A DNA stretch of 64,000 bases from an uncultured Candidatus Saccharibacteria bacterium (GCA_964468795.1 CAYXWL010000001.1:147587-211586), one strand, 5' to 3'. Shown: positions 10,096-19,592, counted from the first letter of the stretch. Notes: a model not told the origin generated them from the letters alone. A program made the numbers and translations.

Positions 10096-10397
10096 TTTAT
10101 TTTTCTTATTTTAACAATTATGCCTCCTGTTATAGAGCCAATAATTGCATAAAAAACAAATGCTCCAAACAAAGCTCCCCAAAGATTTATAGGAAGGTGC
10201 GGAGCCACTGCTCGTACTAAAACTGAAAGCGCTCCCATTACATACAATGTCGGAAGCGACCAATATGGAAAACATATAAATTCACAATGAGTAGGCGCTC
10301 CGAACGGATAAAGAAATGAACTTATTGATATATAAAATAACACGCCGGCAACTGCTCCAATAAGCATATACTTTTTTACACCTGAAAGTTTAGTCAT
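10092..10397 (-). CDS. Small membrane protein
   Basis: Hydrophobic segments; overlaps both rpiB and rpe (coupled). Confidence 0.65.
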   Translation of the reverse strand: MTKLSGVKKYMLIGAVAGVLFYISISSFLYPFGAPTHCEFICFPYWSLPTLYVMGALSVLVRAVAPHLPINLWGALFGAFVFYAIIGSITGGIIVKIRKIK

Positions 10398-10836
10398 AGT
10401 TTTCTATTTTCTTAATTCTTCTTGCATGCCTTTCCTCTTCGGAAAAATTGGTTTTTAACCACAAGAGAACCGCATCTTTTGCTTCCATGGTAGTAATAAA
10501 ATGGGCAGCCAGAGAAAGTATATTTGCATCATTATGTTCTCGCGATAAAGTCAGTATATGCTTGTTCCCTCCATAAAAAACTGCACACCTGACATTTGAA
10601 AATCTGTTGCAAACAATAGCCTCGCCCTGTCCTGAAAATCCCAAGACAATACCCATGGATGCTGGGTCGTTGCTGACCTCCTTTGCTACTAGTGAAATGT
10701 AGTCAGGATAGTCATCATCATGATCATACTTTTTCGGACCGCAATCCTGTACATCGTATCCATTATCCAACAGAAAAGGAACCAAATCCTTTTTCAATAG
10801 ATACCCCGCATGATCTGAGCTAATATAGATTTTCAT
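10390..10836 (-). CDS. rpiB: Ribose-5-phosphate isomerase B
   Basis: SDHAG, DDYPD, SREHNDANILSL, RHARRI; start at ATG 10836. Confidence 0.92.
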   Translation of the reverse strand: MKIYISSDHAGYLLKKDLVPFLLDNGYDVQDCGPKKYDHDDDYPDYISLVAKEVSNDPASMGIVLGFSGQGEAIVCNRFSNVRCAVFYGGNKHILTLSREHNDANILSLAAHFITTMEAKDAVLLWLKTNFSEEERHARRIKKIENYD

Positions 10837-10866
10837 AAAAATATTATAGCAGAAATAATACGAAAA

Positions 10867-11091
10867 GAATCTCGTTGAGTCATAACTTTTTAGAGACCTC
10901 CGCAGACCTTGAGCTGGTTTAGTCAAGGTATTCTGCCTTGACTAAACCAGCTCAAGGTTGAGGTGAGAAGCGGAGCTTCGCAATACCTTGAGCAAAGTTT
11001 TGCGAAAGGTGTACGGCTCCTGTAAGGAGGAAGTGAGCGTAGCGCTGGCGGAGCGAACGGTCTCTAAAAAGTCATGAGGAGAAAGAGATTC
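10867..11091. repeat. Large nested palindromic element
   Basis: Outer arms 10880-10898 / 11059-11077; perfect 23-bp inner hairpin 10906-10928 / 10936-10958. Confidence 0.85.
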
Positions 11092-11110
11092 CTTAGCAAA
11101 GAAAACAAAT

Positions 11111-12130
11111 TTATTTTATTGACTGACCTGTCTTTATCACATGATCGATGAGCATGTACGTATATCCCGCCTCGTTGTCATACCACGCCATAACTTTCAC
11201 AAGATTTCCTCCGACAACTCGCGTCATCTTGAGGTCTGCAATAGATCCATAGTGGCTTCCTAGTATGTCTGAAGAAACAAGCTCTTCATCAGTGGCAGAG
11301 AAAATATTTTTCCACCTATCAGAAGCAGCAGCCTTCCGCAACACGTCATTAACCTCCTCAGCATTAGTTTCTTTCTTTGAAATAAATGTAACATCTACTA
11401 TTGATCCTGCAGGTACTGGCACTCGGATAGAAATACCATCAAAGAGTCCCTCTAGTTTTGTAAAAGCTTTTGTTACAGCTATAGCTGCACCTGTAGATGA
11501 AGGCACAATGTTTTGTGCAGCAGCTCTTCCTTCTCGCAAATCCTTTTTAGATGGACCATCAACAAGAGCTTGTGAAGCTGTGTATCCATGAACAGTGTTC
11601 AAAATAGCTTTTTCAATGCCAAAGTTCTCATCAAGTATAGCGATGAGTGGCGAAGCGGCATTCGTAGTACATGACGCATTCGATGTTACATTGCATGTAC
11701 CAAACTTCTCCTCATTGACGCCCATGAGTATTGTCTCTCCCTTTTCTTCACCCCCTTTAGCTGGAGCAGAAATCACGACTTTCTTTGCACCTGCCTGCAG
11801 GTGTACGGATGCTTTTTCAAAATCCGTAAAAAGTCCTGTTGATTCAACTACGACATCAACTCCCAATTCGCCCCAAGGCAGTTTTGCCGGCTCTTTTTCA
11901 GAAACAAATTTTACTTTCCTACCATCAATTACCAAATCTCCATTATCTACCCTCACATCATGCTTCCATGTCTTGTAGACAGTGTCATACTTCAAAAGAT
12001 ACGCCATGTTATCTACGTTGCCCAAATCATTTACAGCAACAACTTCCATTTCCTCCCTGCCCCACGATTCCTTCAGAAACTGTCGTCCTATTCGTCCAAA
12101 TCCATTAATCGCAACTTTGATCTTCGCCAT
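11111..12130 (-). CDS. gap: Glyceraldehyde-3-phosphate dehydrogenase type I
   Basis: INGFGRIGR, SNASCTTN, WYDNE. Confidence 0.97.
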   Translation of the reverse strand: MAKIKVAINGFGRIGRQFLKESWGREEMEVVAVNDLGNVDNMAYLLKYDTVYKTWKHDVRVDNGDLVIDGRKVKFVSEKEPAKLPWGELGVDVVVESTGLFTDFEKASVHLQAGAKKVVISAPAKGGEEKGETILMGVNEEKFGTCNVTSNASCTTNAASPLIAILDENFGIEKAILNTVHGYTASQALVDGPSKKDLREGRAAAQNIVPSSTGAAIAVTKAFTKLEGLFDGISIRVPVPAGSIVDVTFISKKETNAEEVNDVLRKAAASDRWKNIFSATDEELVSSDILGSHYGSIADLKMTRVVGGNLVKVMAWYDNEAGYTYMLIDHVIKTGQSIK

Positions 12131-12184
12131 TAGTTTGAAAATTTACAAAAGAATAATAAACAAATTATAACATAATATTACTAC

Positions 12185-12211
12185 AAAAAAACCGGTTTAT
12201 CCGGTTTTTTT
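12185..12211 (-). terminator. Terminator after nrdB
   Basis: AAAAAAACCGG-ttta-TCCGGTTTTTT. Confidence 0.7.
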
Positions 12212-12213
12212 GC

Positions 12214-13233
12214 TTATTCCATTGTTGGAGATTGTGGAGCTTCTTTTTTGTGTCCGCTGGCATTATTGTCCACTTCGTAGCTTGTGTTCTGAGACTCAAA
12301 GAAGTTTACCAGCTCAAACACATCGGTCGCTGTACTCATCCATTTTGCAGGGTTTGTCACGTTGTAATACTTTGGAAGTCCGAGCTCTGTAAGTCGTCTG
12401 TCAGCTACGTATTGCACGTATTGGTTTACATAGTCAGCATTGAGTCCCAAGATTCCATTTGGGAAAAGGTCTTTATTGTACTGGGTTTCAAGGTCAACAC
12501 CTTCAATGATGATGTTTCGGATCTCTGCTGCGAATTCTTCTGTCAAAAGCTCAGGATTCTCTTCCAAGATATTGTGGACCAAATTTATTCCGAACTTCAA
12601 GTGAAGAGACTCGTCTCGCAGAACCCAGTTTATCATGGATCCAAAGTTTCTTAGCTGATTTCTCTGCCTGAAGGAAAGCATAACCATGAATCCTGAATAG
12701 AACCAAGTTCCTTCCATCACGACATTATATGCAACAAGATTTCTAATGAATTCCTTCTTGCCTTCTACAGTGTCAATATCGAGCCTTTCATCAGTCATCC
12801 TCTTCAGATACCTCATGATATATGCCTCCTTTGCTTTCATTGAAGGCACCTCAAGGTGAGTGTTGTAAACCTTGTTTCTATCGAAAGGAAAAGTTTCAAG
12901 CACATACTCAAAAGCTACACAGTGGTTGGCTTCTTCCCACATCTGCTTTGCCAAGTATAGGTGAGCTTCCGGAGATTTTAGATACGGATATACTCCAAGA
13001 GCCAGAACCCTGTTTACGATAAGCTCGGCAGGGTTAAAGAATGACATGATGAACTCAACTGCGTGCCTTTCATCTTCTGTCATCTTTGAAAAATCCTCCA
13101 AATCCTCCTTTAGGGCGATTTCGTGAGGAAACCAAGTATTTCTTACAGCCTGATTATACAAATCATATGCCCATTGATATTTGATTGGGTGGAGATTAAC
13201 GTCCTCGGGTGAAGCTTTTCCTATAAGTGACAT
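12214..13233 (-). CDS. nrdB: Ribonucleotide reductase beta subunit, class Ic-like
   Basis: W-F-P-x-E, EEANH and RDESLH dimetal motifs, NFFE tail; Phe at the radical-Tyr position. Confidence 0.92.
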   Translation of the reverse strand: MSLIGKASPEDVNLHPIKYQWAYDLYNQAVRNTWFPHEIALKEDLEDFSKMTEDERHAVEFIMSFFNPAELIVNRVLALGVYPYLKSPEAHLYLAKQMWEEANHCVAFEYVLETFPFDRNKVYNTHLEVPSMKAKEAYIMRYLKRMTDERLDIDTVEGKKEFIRNLVAYNVVMEGTWFYSGFMVMLSFRQRNQLRNFGSMINWVLRDESLHLKFGINLVHNILEENPELLTEEFAAEIRNIIIEGVDLETQYNKDLFPNGILGLNADYVNQYVQYVADRRLTELGLPKYYNVTNPAKWMSTATDVFELVNFFESQNTSYEVDNNASGHKKEAPQSPTME

Positions 13234-13248
13234 GTGATTAATTGTTTA

Positions 13249-13367
13249 GAACTTCCATATTTGGCCAATTTCTTTGTCGGAGTTTAAAAAATAATTCTCA
13301 TCTTATATTTATAAGCCTCGAATTATTTTTCTCCTCCTTCGCGAACTTGGCTCAAATCTGAAAGTTC
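13249..13367. repeat. Nested-hairpin element, family B (divergent copy) between nrdA and nrdB
   Basis: Same three-stem layout and TTTGG / CAAAT, CTTATA..ATAAG motifs as 41890-42010. Confidence 0.6.
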
Positions 13368-13406
13368 GTGATTTTGTTATTAATAAATTTTCGACTATTG
13401 TAATTC

Positions 13407-16217
13407 TTACTGACAGCTTATGCAAACGAGTCCTTCATCTTCCGCCGGGTCCTCCGGTCCAACAACTGAACTGCTTGTTTTCTGAACAGGTACTTGTTCA
13501 TGCGAATGAGAAACAGCTTCTACTCTTACTTCTTCCTCCACTCTCTGATAAGCTGGCTCTTCTATCTTATTTGTTGGTGCAGGAGAACGTGTAGCAATAT
13601 TTTCAGCTACTGGGCTTGTAGAGATAATCATCTCCTCGCGAACCATTTCTGTAACCACAGTTGCAGGAGCGGGATCATTTGTGAGAGTTGGCTGGTTTAC
13701 TGTTACAGTTTCCGAAACAATAGTTTCAACCCGTGTCACAGTCTCAGGAGTAGTATGAGCAAAAGTCTGAGCTGGCATATCCATTGTAAGAGATTTTTGC
13801 AATGGAGCAGAAAATGCTGGAGAGTTTGAGAAATTCAAAGCTCCGAATCCAACCTTTCCTATCTTTGCCGCCTTGTTTACGTTTGTTGTCGACTGCTCTG
13901 CGGTATGCCTTGGCTTCATGTGGAGATAGTAAGTGGACTTAAGTCCTTTTTCCCATGCAGTATTGTATATCTTCATTGTCTCATCTATGTCTCTCGTCTC
14001 AAGATACATATTTCTAGACAAGGCTTGGTCAACCCACTTCTGAGCTCTGGCCGCTACTTCTATGTACGCATAAGGTGAAGTGGTAAATGAAGTCTTGTAA
14101 ATATCTTTTATGTGCTGAGGAATACCGGCAATACCGCTGATGTCTCCTTGATTTTCAATAATAGCTTCTTTGACATCATCCCAGATTCCCATGTTCTTTA
14201 GATCCTTTACGAGATTGTGGTTTATGTCTAGATACTTTCCTGAAATTTTATTTCGAGAAAATACTTGAGCAAATCGAGCGTCAATCCCCGGAGTCGTAGC
14301 GGCCACAAGTCCTATGTTTGCATTTGGAGCAACAGCCATGAGAGTAGCATTTCGCATTCCCTTTTTAACTTTTTCTCGCAAGATATCCCAATTAAGCCCC
14401 TTGTGCTTTGATACCTTTGAAACTGTCAGTTCTCTTCCTCTATCTGCCTCAAGTTTTGCGATTGAATCTACCGGAACTTTGCCTTTTGACCACTCAGAAC
14501 CTTGGAAATGAGTATATGAGCCTCTTTCCTGTGCCAAATTTGCCGATTCATCTATCGCCATATATGAAATAAATTCAAATATCCTGTCAGCAAAATCCCA
14601 AGCATGAGGAGAATCGTATGACATTCCAAGCTGTTCGATAGTATCTGAAAATCCCATAACTCCCAGTCCGATTGCGCGATTCTCTTTGTCTGACTTTGCA
14701 GCTTCCGGAATAGGAAGAACGTTTATATCAATGAGGTTATCAAGCTGTCTTATGGCAAGCCTTACAGACTCTTCTAGCTTTGCCCAATTTACTTCTCTGT
14801 TTTTAATATGAGCAGCGAGGTTTAGAGACGCGAGGTTACAAACGGCTACATTGTCCCTGTCCTGAGGCAAGCAGATCTCAGTACACAAGTTGGACATATG
14901 TATTGTTCCAGTGTTGTTGTTCAGAGCTCTTAGGTTTATGGTGTCTTTCCATGTAAGCCAAGGATGTGATGTAGCCTGCAGAGCAACCAAAATCTGCCTG
15001 AACTGTTCTGATGCTGGAACTTTTTTAAAAACTCTAAGTTTTCCAGCTTCCGCCATTTCAATGTACTCTGCATATCTTTTGGCAAAAGCTTGTCCGTAAA
15101 GCTCGTTTAGATCTGGTGTTTCGGCCGGATCGAACATGTACCATTCCTCGCCAGAATTAACTCTTCTCATGAACTCGTCAGACATGAATACAGCCGTGTT
15201 TGCCGTTCTCATTCTCATATAATCGTCGCCAGCATTGTGCTTCCAGTCAATGTATTCAGGAAAATCTATATGCCAGTTCTCCATGTAGAAACAAAGTGCG
15301 CCTTTTTTCTTTCCTCCTCGCTGAATAGCTCGTATAGCAGTATCAATGACTTTTGCGAATGGTGTCGGGCCAGTAGACGTTCCTCCTCCAGAAGTCTTTA
15401 GCGGAGAGCCTGATGCTCTGAGCTTTGTAACAGATGCCCCGATTCCTCCTGATCCTTTTGAAAGCATCATTACGTCTGCTACTGACTTTGCGATATGAGC
15501 CATGTCATCTTGGATTTCCAAAAGATAGCAGTTAGATAGTGCTGGGTTTATTTTTCCTGCAGCAAGATTGGTTGATCCTCCGGCCACATACTCGAGTTTT
15601 GACATCTTATTGTAGAACTTTTTAGCCATCTCTGTCGGATTCTTCTCATGGTAGGACAGTCCCATGGCGATTCGCATGAAAAAATACTGCGGAGTCTCGA
15701 GCGGTTTCTGATTTACATCCTTTATAAGATACCTATTTATCAGCCCATCAAGTCCGGCATACTGAAAAAGCTCATCTCTTTCAAGCTTTAACTCTTTTGA
15801 AAGAGCAGTTAGGTCATATTTTGCCTTCATGTTTGGATGAAGTTTTCCGTTCGCTACATTTTCTTCTATATAAGCGATAAAGCTTGATGCGTGCTTTGCA
15901 GAAAATGTTTCGAACTCGTCGTTTGTGTGGAAATCTTTTACAACCTGCCTGTAAACGGTCTTAAGGAGAAGCCTTTTGGCTACAATATCATATTCTATAT
16001 CCTCTTTTATGTTCTGGACTGCTGCGTTTATCGTAGCCTGATCCATTTCATCAGTAGTGATTCCATCATAAAGGGTAAGTTGAGTTTCAGTAGCAATCTG
16101 AGTCACCTTTGAAACCGGATCAAACAGGCCACGGCAAGCTCTTTCTATGGAGCGGTTAATTTTATCTGCATTAAATGGCTCTCTTTTGCCGTCATGGCGT
16201 GTGACCGTTAGACTCAT
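13407..16217 (-). CDS. nrdA: Ribonucleotide reductase alpha subunit with ATP cone
   Basis: N-terminal VTRHDGKREPF cone, SNCY, SNLCTEI, APNANIG, STYY, terminal CISCQ. Confidence 0.95.
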   Translation of the reverse strand: MSLTVTRHDGKREPFNADKINRSIERACRGLFDPVSKVTQIATETQLTLYDGITTDEMDQATINAAVQNIKEDIEYDIVAKRLLLKTVYRQVVKDFHTNDEFETFSAKHASSFIAYIEENVANGKLHPNMKAKYDLTALSKELKLERDELFQYAGLDGLINRYLIKDVNQKPLETPQYFFMRIAMGLSYHEKNPTEMAKKFYNKMSKLEYVAGGSTNLAAGKINPALSNCYLLEIQDDMAHIAKSVADVMMLSKGSGGIGASVTKLRASGSPLKTSGGGTSTGPTPFAKVIDTAIRAIQRGGKKKGALCFYMENWHIDFPEYIDWKHNAGDDYMRMRTANTAVFMSDEFMRRVNSGEEWYMFDPAETPDLNELYGQAFAKRYAEYIEMAEAGKLRVFKKVPASEQFRQILVALQATSHPWLTWKDTINLRALNNNTGTIHMSNLCTEICLPQDRDNVAVCNLASLNLAAHIKNREVNWAKLEESVRLAIRQLDNLIDINVLPIPEAAKSDKENRAIGLGVMGFSDTIEQLGMSYDSPHAWDFADRIFEFISYMAIDESANLAQERGSYTHFQGSEWSKGKVPVDSIAKLEADRGRELTVSKVSKHKGLNWDILREKVKKGMRNATLMAVAPNANIGLVAATTPGIDARFAQVFSRNKISGKYLDINHNLVKDLKNMGIWDDVKEAIIENQGDISGIAGIPQHIKDIYKTSFTTSPYAYIEVAARAQKWVDQALSRNMYLETRDIDETMKIYNTAWEKGLKSTYYLHMKPRHTAEQSTTNVNKAAKIGKVGFGALNFSNSPAFSAPLQKSLTMDMPAQTFAHTTPETVTRVETIVSETVTVNQPTLTNDPAPATVVTEMVREEMIISTSPVAENIATRSPAPTNKIEEPAYQRVEEEVRVEAVSHSHEQVPVQKTSSSVVGPEDPAEDEGLVCISCQ

Positions 16218-16377
16218 TTTTTTAATTTATTAAAAAATTGCTAATAATTCCCTTTATTTCCCCACTTTTTAAAAAAATTTGACGATTTTTTCAAAAAAAT
16301 TAGAAAATTTTAAAAAAATCATCAAAAGTCTTAAAATTTGTTTAATCAATTATATGATAGCGAGTATGAAAGATTAC

Positions 16378-16386
16378 TGTGGATAA
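16378..16386 (-). promoter_or_regulatory. Perfect DnaA box upstream of nrdA
   Basis: TGTGGATAA on +, i.e. TTATCCACA on -. Confidence 0.5.
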
Positions 16387-16464
16387 ATAGCAAAAAATCC
16401 ATCAAGAAATAAAAAAATTTTTATGTAAAGTGCGGTGCCAAAATAGGTTTAAAGTGAGGCGTTT

Positions 16465-16923
16465 TTATCGCCTGTTTCTGAAAAAGCTTACTTGGTCGCC
16501 AATTTTAAGTCCGAGATAGTCCGATACTCCAGCATTAACCTCTATAACGTACTTCGAAGGCAGAGTTGAAGAGTACTCCTTTGGATATGTCTCTGGCGCA
16601 AGCCATCTCTCTATATGAGTTATGCGCATATCTTCGCTGACCCATATTATGTCGAGAGGGAAATTCATGTCTTTCATCCAAAACTTGTATATGTCAGGCT
16701 TGTCGAATATAAAAATCATACCCTGATTTAAAGCTAGTGGATTGTGTTCAGATAAACCTTTTTCCCGCAAGAAATCCGTATCTGCAACTTCCATTTGAAA
16801 AACTTTTCCTCCCATTTTTACCGCAAAATCATATCTAAAGAGAGATAGTGCCAATATTATTAGAGCTGAAACTGCAAGGAACAGCCCTCCAATAATAAAA
16901 GGTTTTTTATACTTCATATACAT
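16465..16923 (-). CDS. DUF192 family protein
   Basis: GMIFIF, FWMKDMNFPLDIIW, YVIEVNAG. Confidence 0.88.
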   Translation of the reverse strand: MYMKYKKPFIIGGLFLAVSALIILALSLFRYDFAVKMGGKVFQMEVADTDFLREKGLSEHNPLALNQGMIFIFDKPDIYKFWMKDMNFPLDIIWVSEDMRITHIERWLAPETYPKEYSSTLPSKYVIEVNAGVSDYLGLKIGDQVSFFRNRR

Positions 16924-16939
16924 ATTGTATCATTTCACA

Positions 16940-16973
16940 GCAAAAAACCACAGATTGCTCTGTGGTTTTTTGC
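16940..16973 (-). terminator. Terminator after RRM gene
   Basis: GCAAAAAACCACAGA-ttgc-TCTGTGGTTTTTTGC. Confidence 0.75.
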
Positions 16974-16991
16974 GAGATAACTCGGTGAGTA

Positions 16992-17303
16992 TTACCAAGT
17001 TCGGCCTCCTCGGTCGCCTCCATTGCTGAAACCGCCTGTTCGTGGAGCTCGAGGTTCCATAGGTCGTGCTTCATTTACTGTAAGCTTTCGTCCTTCTAGT
17101 TCCTGACCATTCCACATTGAGATTGCAGCATCAGCCTCTGCATCAGAAGACATTTCTACGAAACCGAATCCTTTTGATCGGCCTGTCATCTTGTCCATGA
17201 TGATAGTTGCAGAAACAACTGTTCCTGCCTTAGCGAATGCATCTCTTAGCGCATCCTGTGATGTCGCATAAGCAATTCCTCCAACGTACAACTTCTTTGC
17301 CAT
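16992..17303 (-). CDS. RNA-binding protein (RRM)
   Basis: KLYVGG (RNP2), KGFGFVEM (RNP1), Gly-rich tail. Confidence 0.93.
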   Translation of the reverse strand: MAKKLYVGGIAYATSQDALRDAFAKAGTVVSATIIMDKMTGRSKGFGFVEMSSDAEADAAISMWNGQELEGRKLTVNEARPMEPRAPRTGGFSNGGDRGGRTW

Positions 17304-17545
17304 TATATTTTACCTAGTCTTTATTTTAAAACTGTAAGGCGACTAGCTCTCTCCTTTTCCCCGCTTGCGCACGAAAACCTATGAGAAACTTACATTAGCA
17401 ATATTATATCACTAAAGTAGATGAGAAGTCAATGAAGATTTTAAGGAGCTCTACGTAGCCACAATTACAGCTAAAAGTGGATAAGTACCGCTATTTTATT
17501 TGATTCCCTAAAGTCTACAGGTGTAAAATTATGAAAGGAGGGTCC

Positions 17546-17752
17546 ATGACGGTTCACGACCTCGACCCCAGCGTTCTCCCCCCACTTCTCTACATCTGGA
17601 CCTCTATGGGCCAGGAAACAATGTGCCACCACGACTACTTCAGAGGCATGCGCACTGATGACAGTGGCAACATGTACCTGGGATCAGCAAAGGTCTACAG
17701 AATCGAGGAGGCTAACGGTTCCTCGAGATGCAGTTTCTGCCCTCGCCAGTAA
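17546..17752 (+). CDS. Small orphan protein (68 aa)
   Basis: TTGATT-N18-TAAAAT promoter, AAGGAGG SD, own terminator. Confidence 0.6.
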   Translation: MTVHDLDPSVLPPLLYIWTSMGQETMCHHDYFRGMRTDDSGNMYLGSAKVYRIEEANGSSRCSFCPRQ

Positions 17753-17757
17753 CAAAG

Positions 17758-17785
17758 AAGAGCCCCGGCTACAACCGGGGCTCTT
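17758..17785. terminator. Bidirectional terminator
   Basis: AAGAGCCCCGG-ctacaa-CCGGGGCTCTT between convergent genes. Confidence 0.8.
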
Positions 17786-17788
17786 AAC

Positions 17789-18472
17789 TTATTTAACTGT
17801 AACTTTTTTCATTACTACAGGACTTACAGGCATATCGTTTGGCCCAGTCTTCACATTTGCAATTGTATCAACTACATCCTGGCCGGAGACGACCTTCCCA
17901 AAAATCGTGTAATTATGCGGAAGCTGGTTATCTTCATGCATTATGAAAAACTGGCTTCCGTTCGTGTTTGGTCCTGCGTTGGCCATTGCAACAACTCCCC
18001 GTTTGTATCCCTGAACATACGAAGGCGTATTTGGATCAAGCTCGTCAGCAAATGTGTAGCCTGGTCCACCTGTTCCATTGCCTTTTGGATCTCCGCCTTG
18101 AATCATAAAACCCTTTATAACCCTGTGAAATGTAAGACCGTTATAGAACCCTTTATTAGCCAAGGTAACAAAATTGCTTACTGTCTTTGGGGCATCATTG
18201 TCGTATGTCTCGATGACTATTTTCCCGTAATTGGTTTCGATGGTGATCATGTGTGATTTTTTATTGTTAGTTGTTGTTACTGTAGAAGTACTGTCTTGCG
18301 TAGTGTTGCCCAAAACATTTTCTGATTTTGTACTAGATGCAGTGCTTGTACTGTATGTATAGCTCGTATCTACCAAGGAGAAATCTTTGTTTGGAGCCTT
18401 GCCAGATAAAAAATAATATAAGCCGACTGAAGCAAGACCGACTAAGACAATGCTGATTATTATATTTTTCAT
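17789..18472 (-). CDS. Membrane-anchored cyclophilin-type peptidyl-prolyl isomerase
   Basis: FHRVIKGFMIQGGD, MANAGPNTNGSQFFI; N-terminal TM plus Ser/Thr linker. Confidence 0.93.
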   Translation of the reverse strand: MKNIIISIVLVGLASVGLYYFLSGKAPNKDFSLVDTSYTYSTSTASSTKSENVLGNTTQDSTSTVTTTNNKKSHMITIETNYGKIVIETYDNDAPKTVSNFVTLANKGFYNGLTFHRVIKGFMIQGGDPKGNGTGGPGYTFADELDPNTPSYVQGYKRGVVAMANAGPNTNGSQFFIMHEDNQLPHNYTIFGKVVSGQDVVDTIANVKTGPNDMPVSPVVMKKVTVK

Positions 18473-18619
18473 AATTTAAATATTGTATAGAAACATTATG
18501 AAGCAGGCTTAAAATATTGTCTATTTTCTCAAATAATATTGAATATTGACTTTTTTTTAAAATAGGTTAGTATTGGCCTCTGTATCCCAGATTCCCTGGG
18601 AGGTTCTTTGGGAGGAAAG

Positions 18620-19483
18620 ATGAGACTCAAGTTTGTAATGAAAGTTCTCGCTCTGTTTTTGCTCGTTGTCCTCGTGGACATGAGCCGAGCTGAAGCGACC
18701 GGCATCGACGTGAACGTCTTCACTGCACTGGCACCCAACGCGTACGGCTCGCCGAGCTTTGCGGGCTGGCAGGCGAACGCCGTGACCTCGATGGAAAACG
18801 GCGGGGCCTCTCAGGGCACTGCCGGCACACCGACGTACTTCGAGACTGTCTCGAACATTACGTCGGATCAGGCCATCGTCACGGGCTTCCCGTCATGGAT
18901 GGGATCAGCTGACCCGGGCACGGTCTACGGCCCCGCGTTCGCAAGCGAACTCGGCAACCGCATGACGTTCCCTCTCTGGGTGAACGGCAATGGTAACCAG
19001 TTCGCAATTGGCGACCTCGGATTCGACGCAACCAGCACGGATCCGTTCAACGCACTTGCGTTCTCGTTCGCGCCTGGCGGGTACAACTACTCGTCGGCGT
19101 ACGTCGGACTCGATTACGGTGCTGACGGTGTGAAGGGCACGGCGGATGACAACTGGATCACGAGCGGCTCGAACACCCAACTCGTCAACGAGCTTTACGG
19201 CCGTGGCAGTGGCAATTCGTTTGCTGCCTACTGCCCGCTCTGCAGTCTCTCGAATCAGCAGACCGCAATCAACGATGCTGCGGCATATCCGGGAACGCCG
19301 TTCACGTTCACAGGTATGTACTACCTGTTGTCCGGGAACCAACGTCTCGGACAAGGATCAGCAACCTTCAATATCGGAGTTCCCGGTGGTGAAGGTACGG
19401 CGCCTGTTCCCGAACCGGCATCAATAGTGCTTCTGGGCACTGGCCTCCTCGGCACCTCGTTCCTTCGTCGCAAGAAAAGCTAA
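18620..19483 (+). CDS. PEP-CTERM sorting-domain surface protein
   Basis: Signal peptide; C-terminal VPEP-ASIVLLGTGLLG-RRKKS; GC-rich; GGAGG SD. Confidence 0.88.
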   Translation: MRLKFVMKVLALFLLVVLVDMSRAEATGIDVNVFTALAPNAYGSPSFAGWQANAVTSMENGGASQGTAGTPTYFETVSNITSDQAIVTGFPSWMGSADPGTVYGPAFASELGNRMTFPLWVNGNGNQFAIGDLGFDATSTDPFNALAFSFAPGGYNYSSAYVGLDYGADGVKGTADDNWITSGSNTQLVNELYGRGSGNSFAAYCPLCSLSNQQTAINDAAAYPGTPFTFTGMYYLLSGNQRLGQGSATFNIGVPGGEGTAPVPEPASIVLLGTGLLGTSFLRRKKS

Positions 19484-19500
19484 GACGCAGGAACCACGCT

Positions 19501-19535
19501 ATGGCGTGCATCCCTCAGGGATGCACGCCATTTTT
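19501..19535 (+). terminator. Terminator after PEP-CTERM gene
   Basis: ATGGCGTGCATCCC-tca-GGGATGCACGCCAT followed by T run. Confidence 0.85.
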
Positions 19536-19592
19536 CATATCCAGACAAAAAATTACAACTACGTTTTATATGTGCGGGATACTGGAATATTG

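Noticed and set aside
13407-16217. Intein or intron in nrdA
   Set aside because: The extra length is a low-complexity tail; no splice-junction or LAGLIDADG motifs
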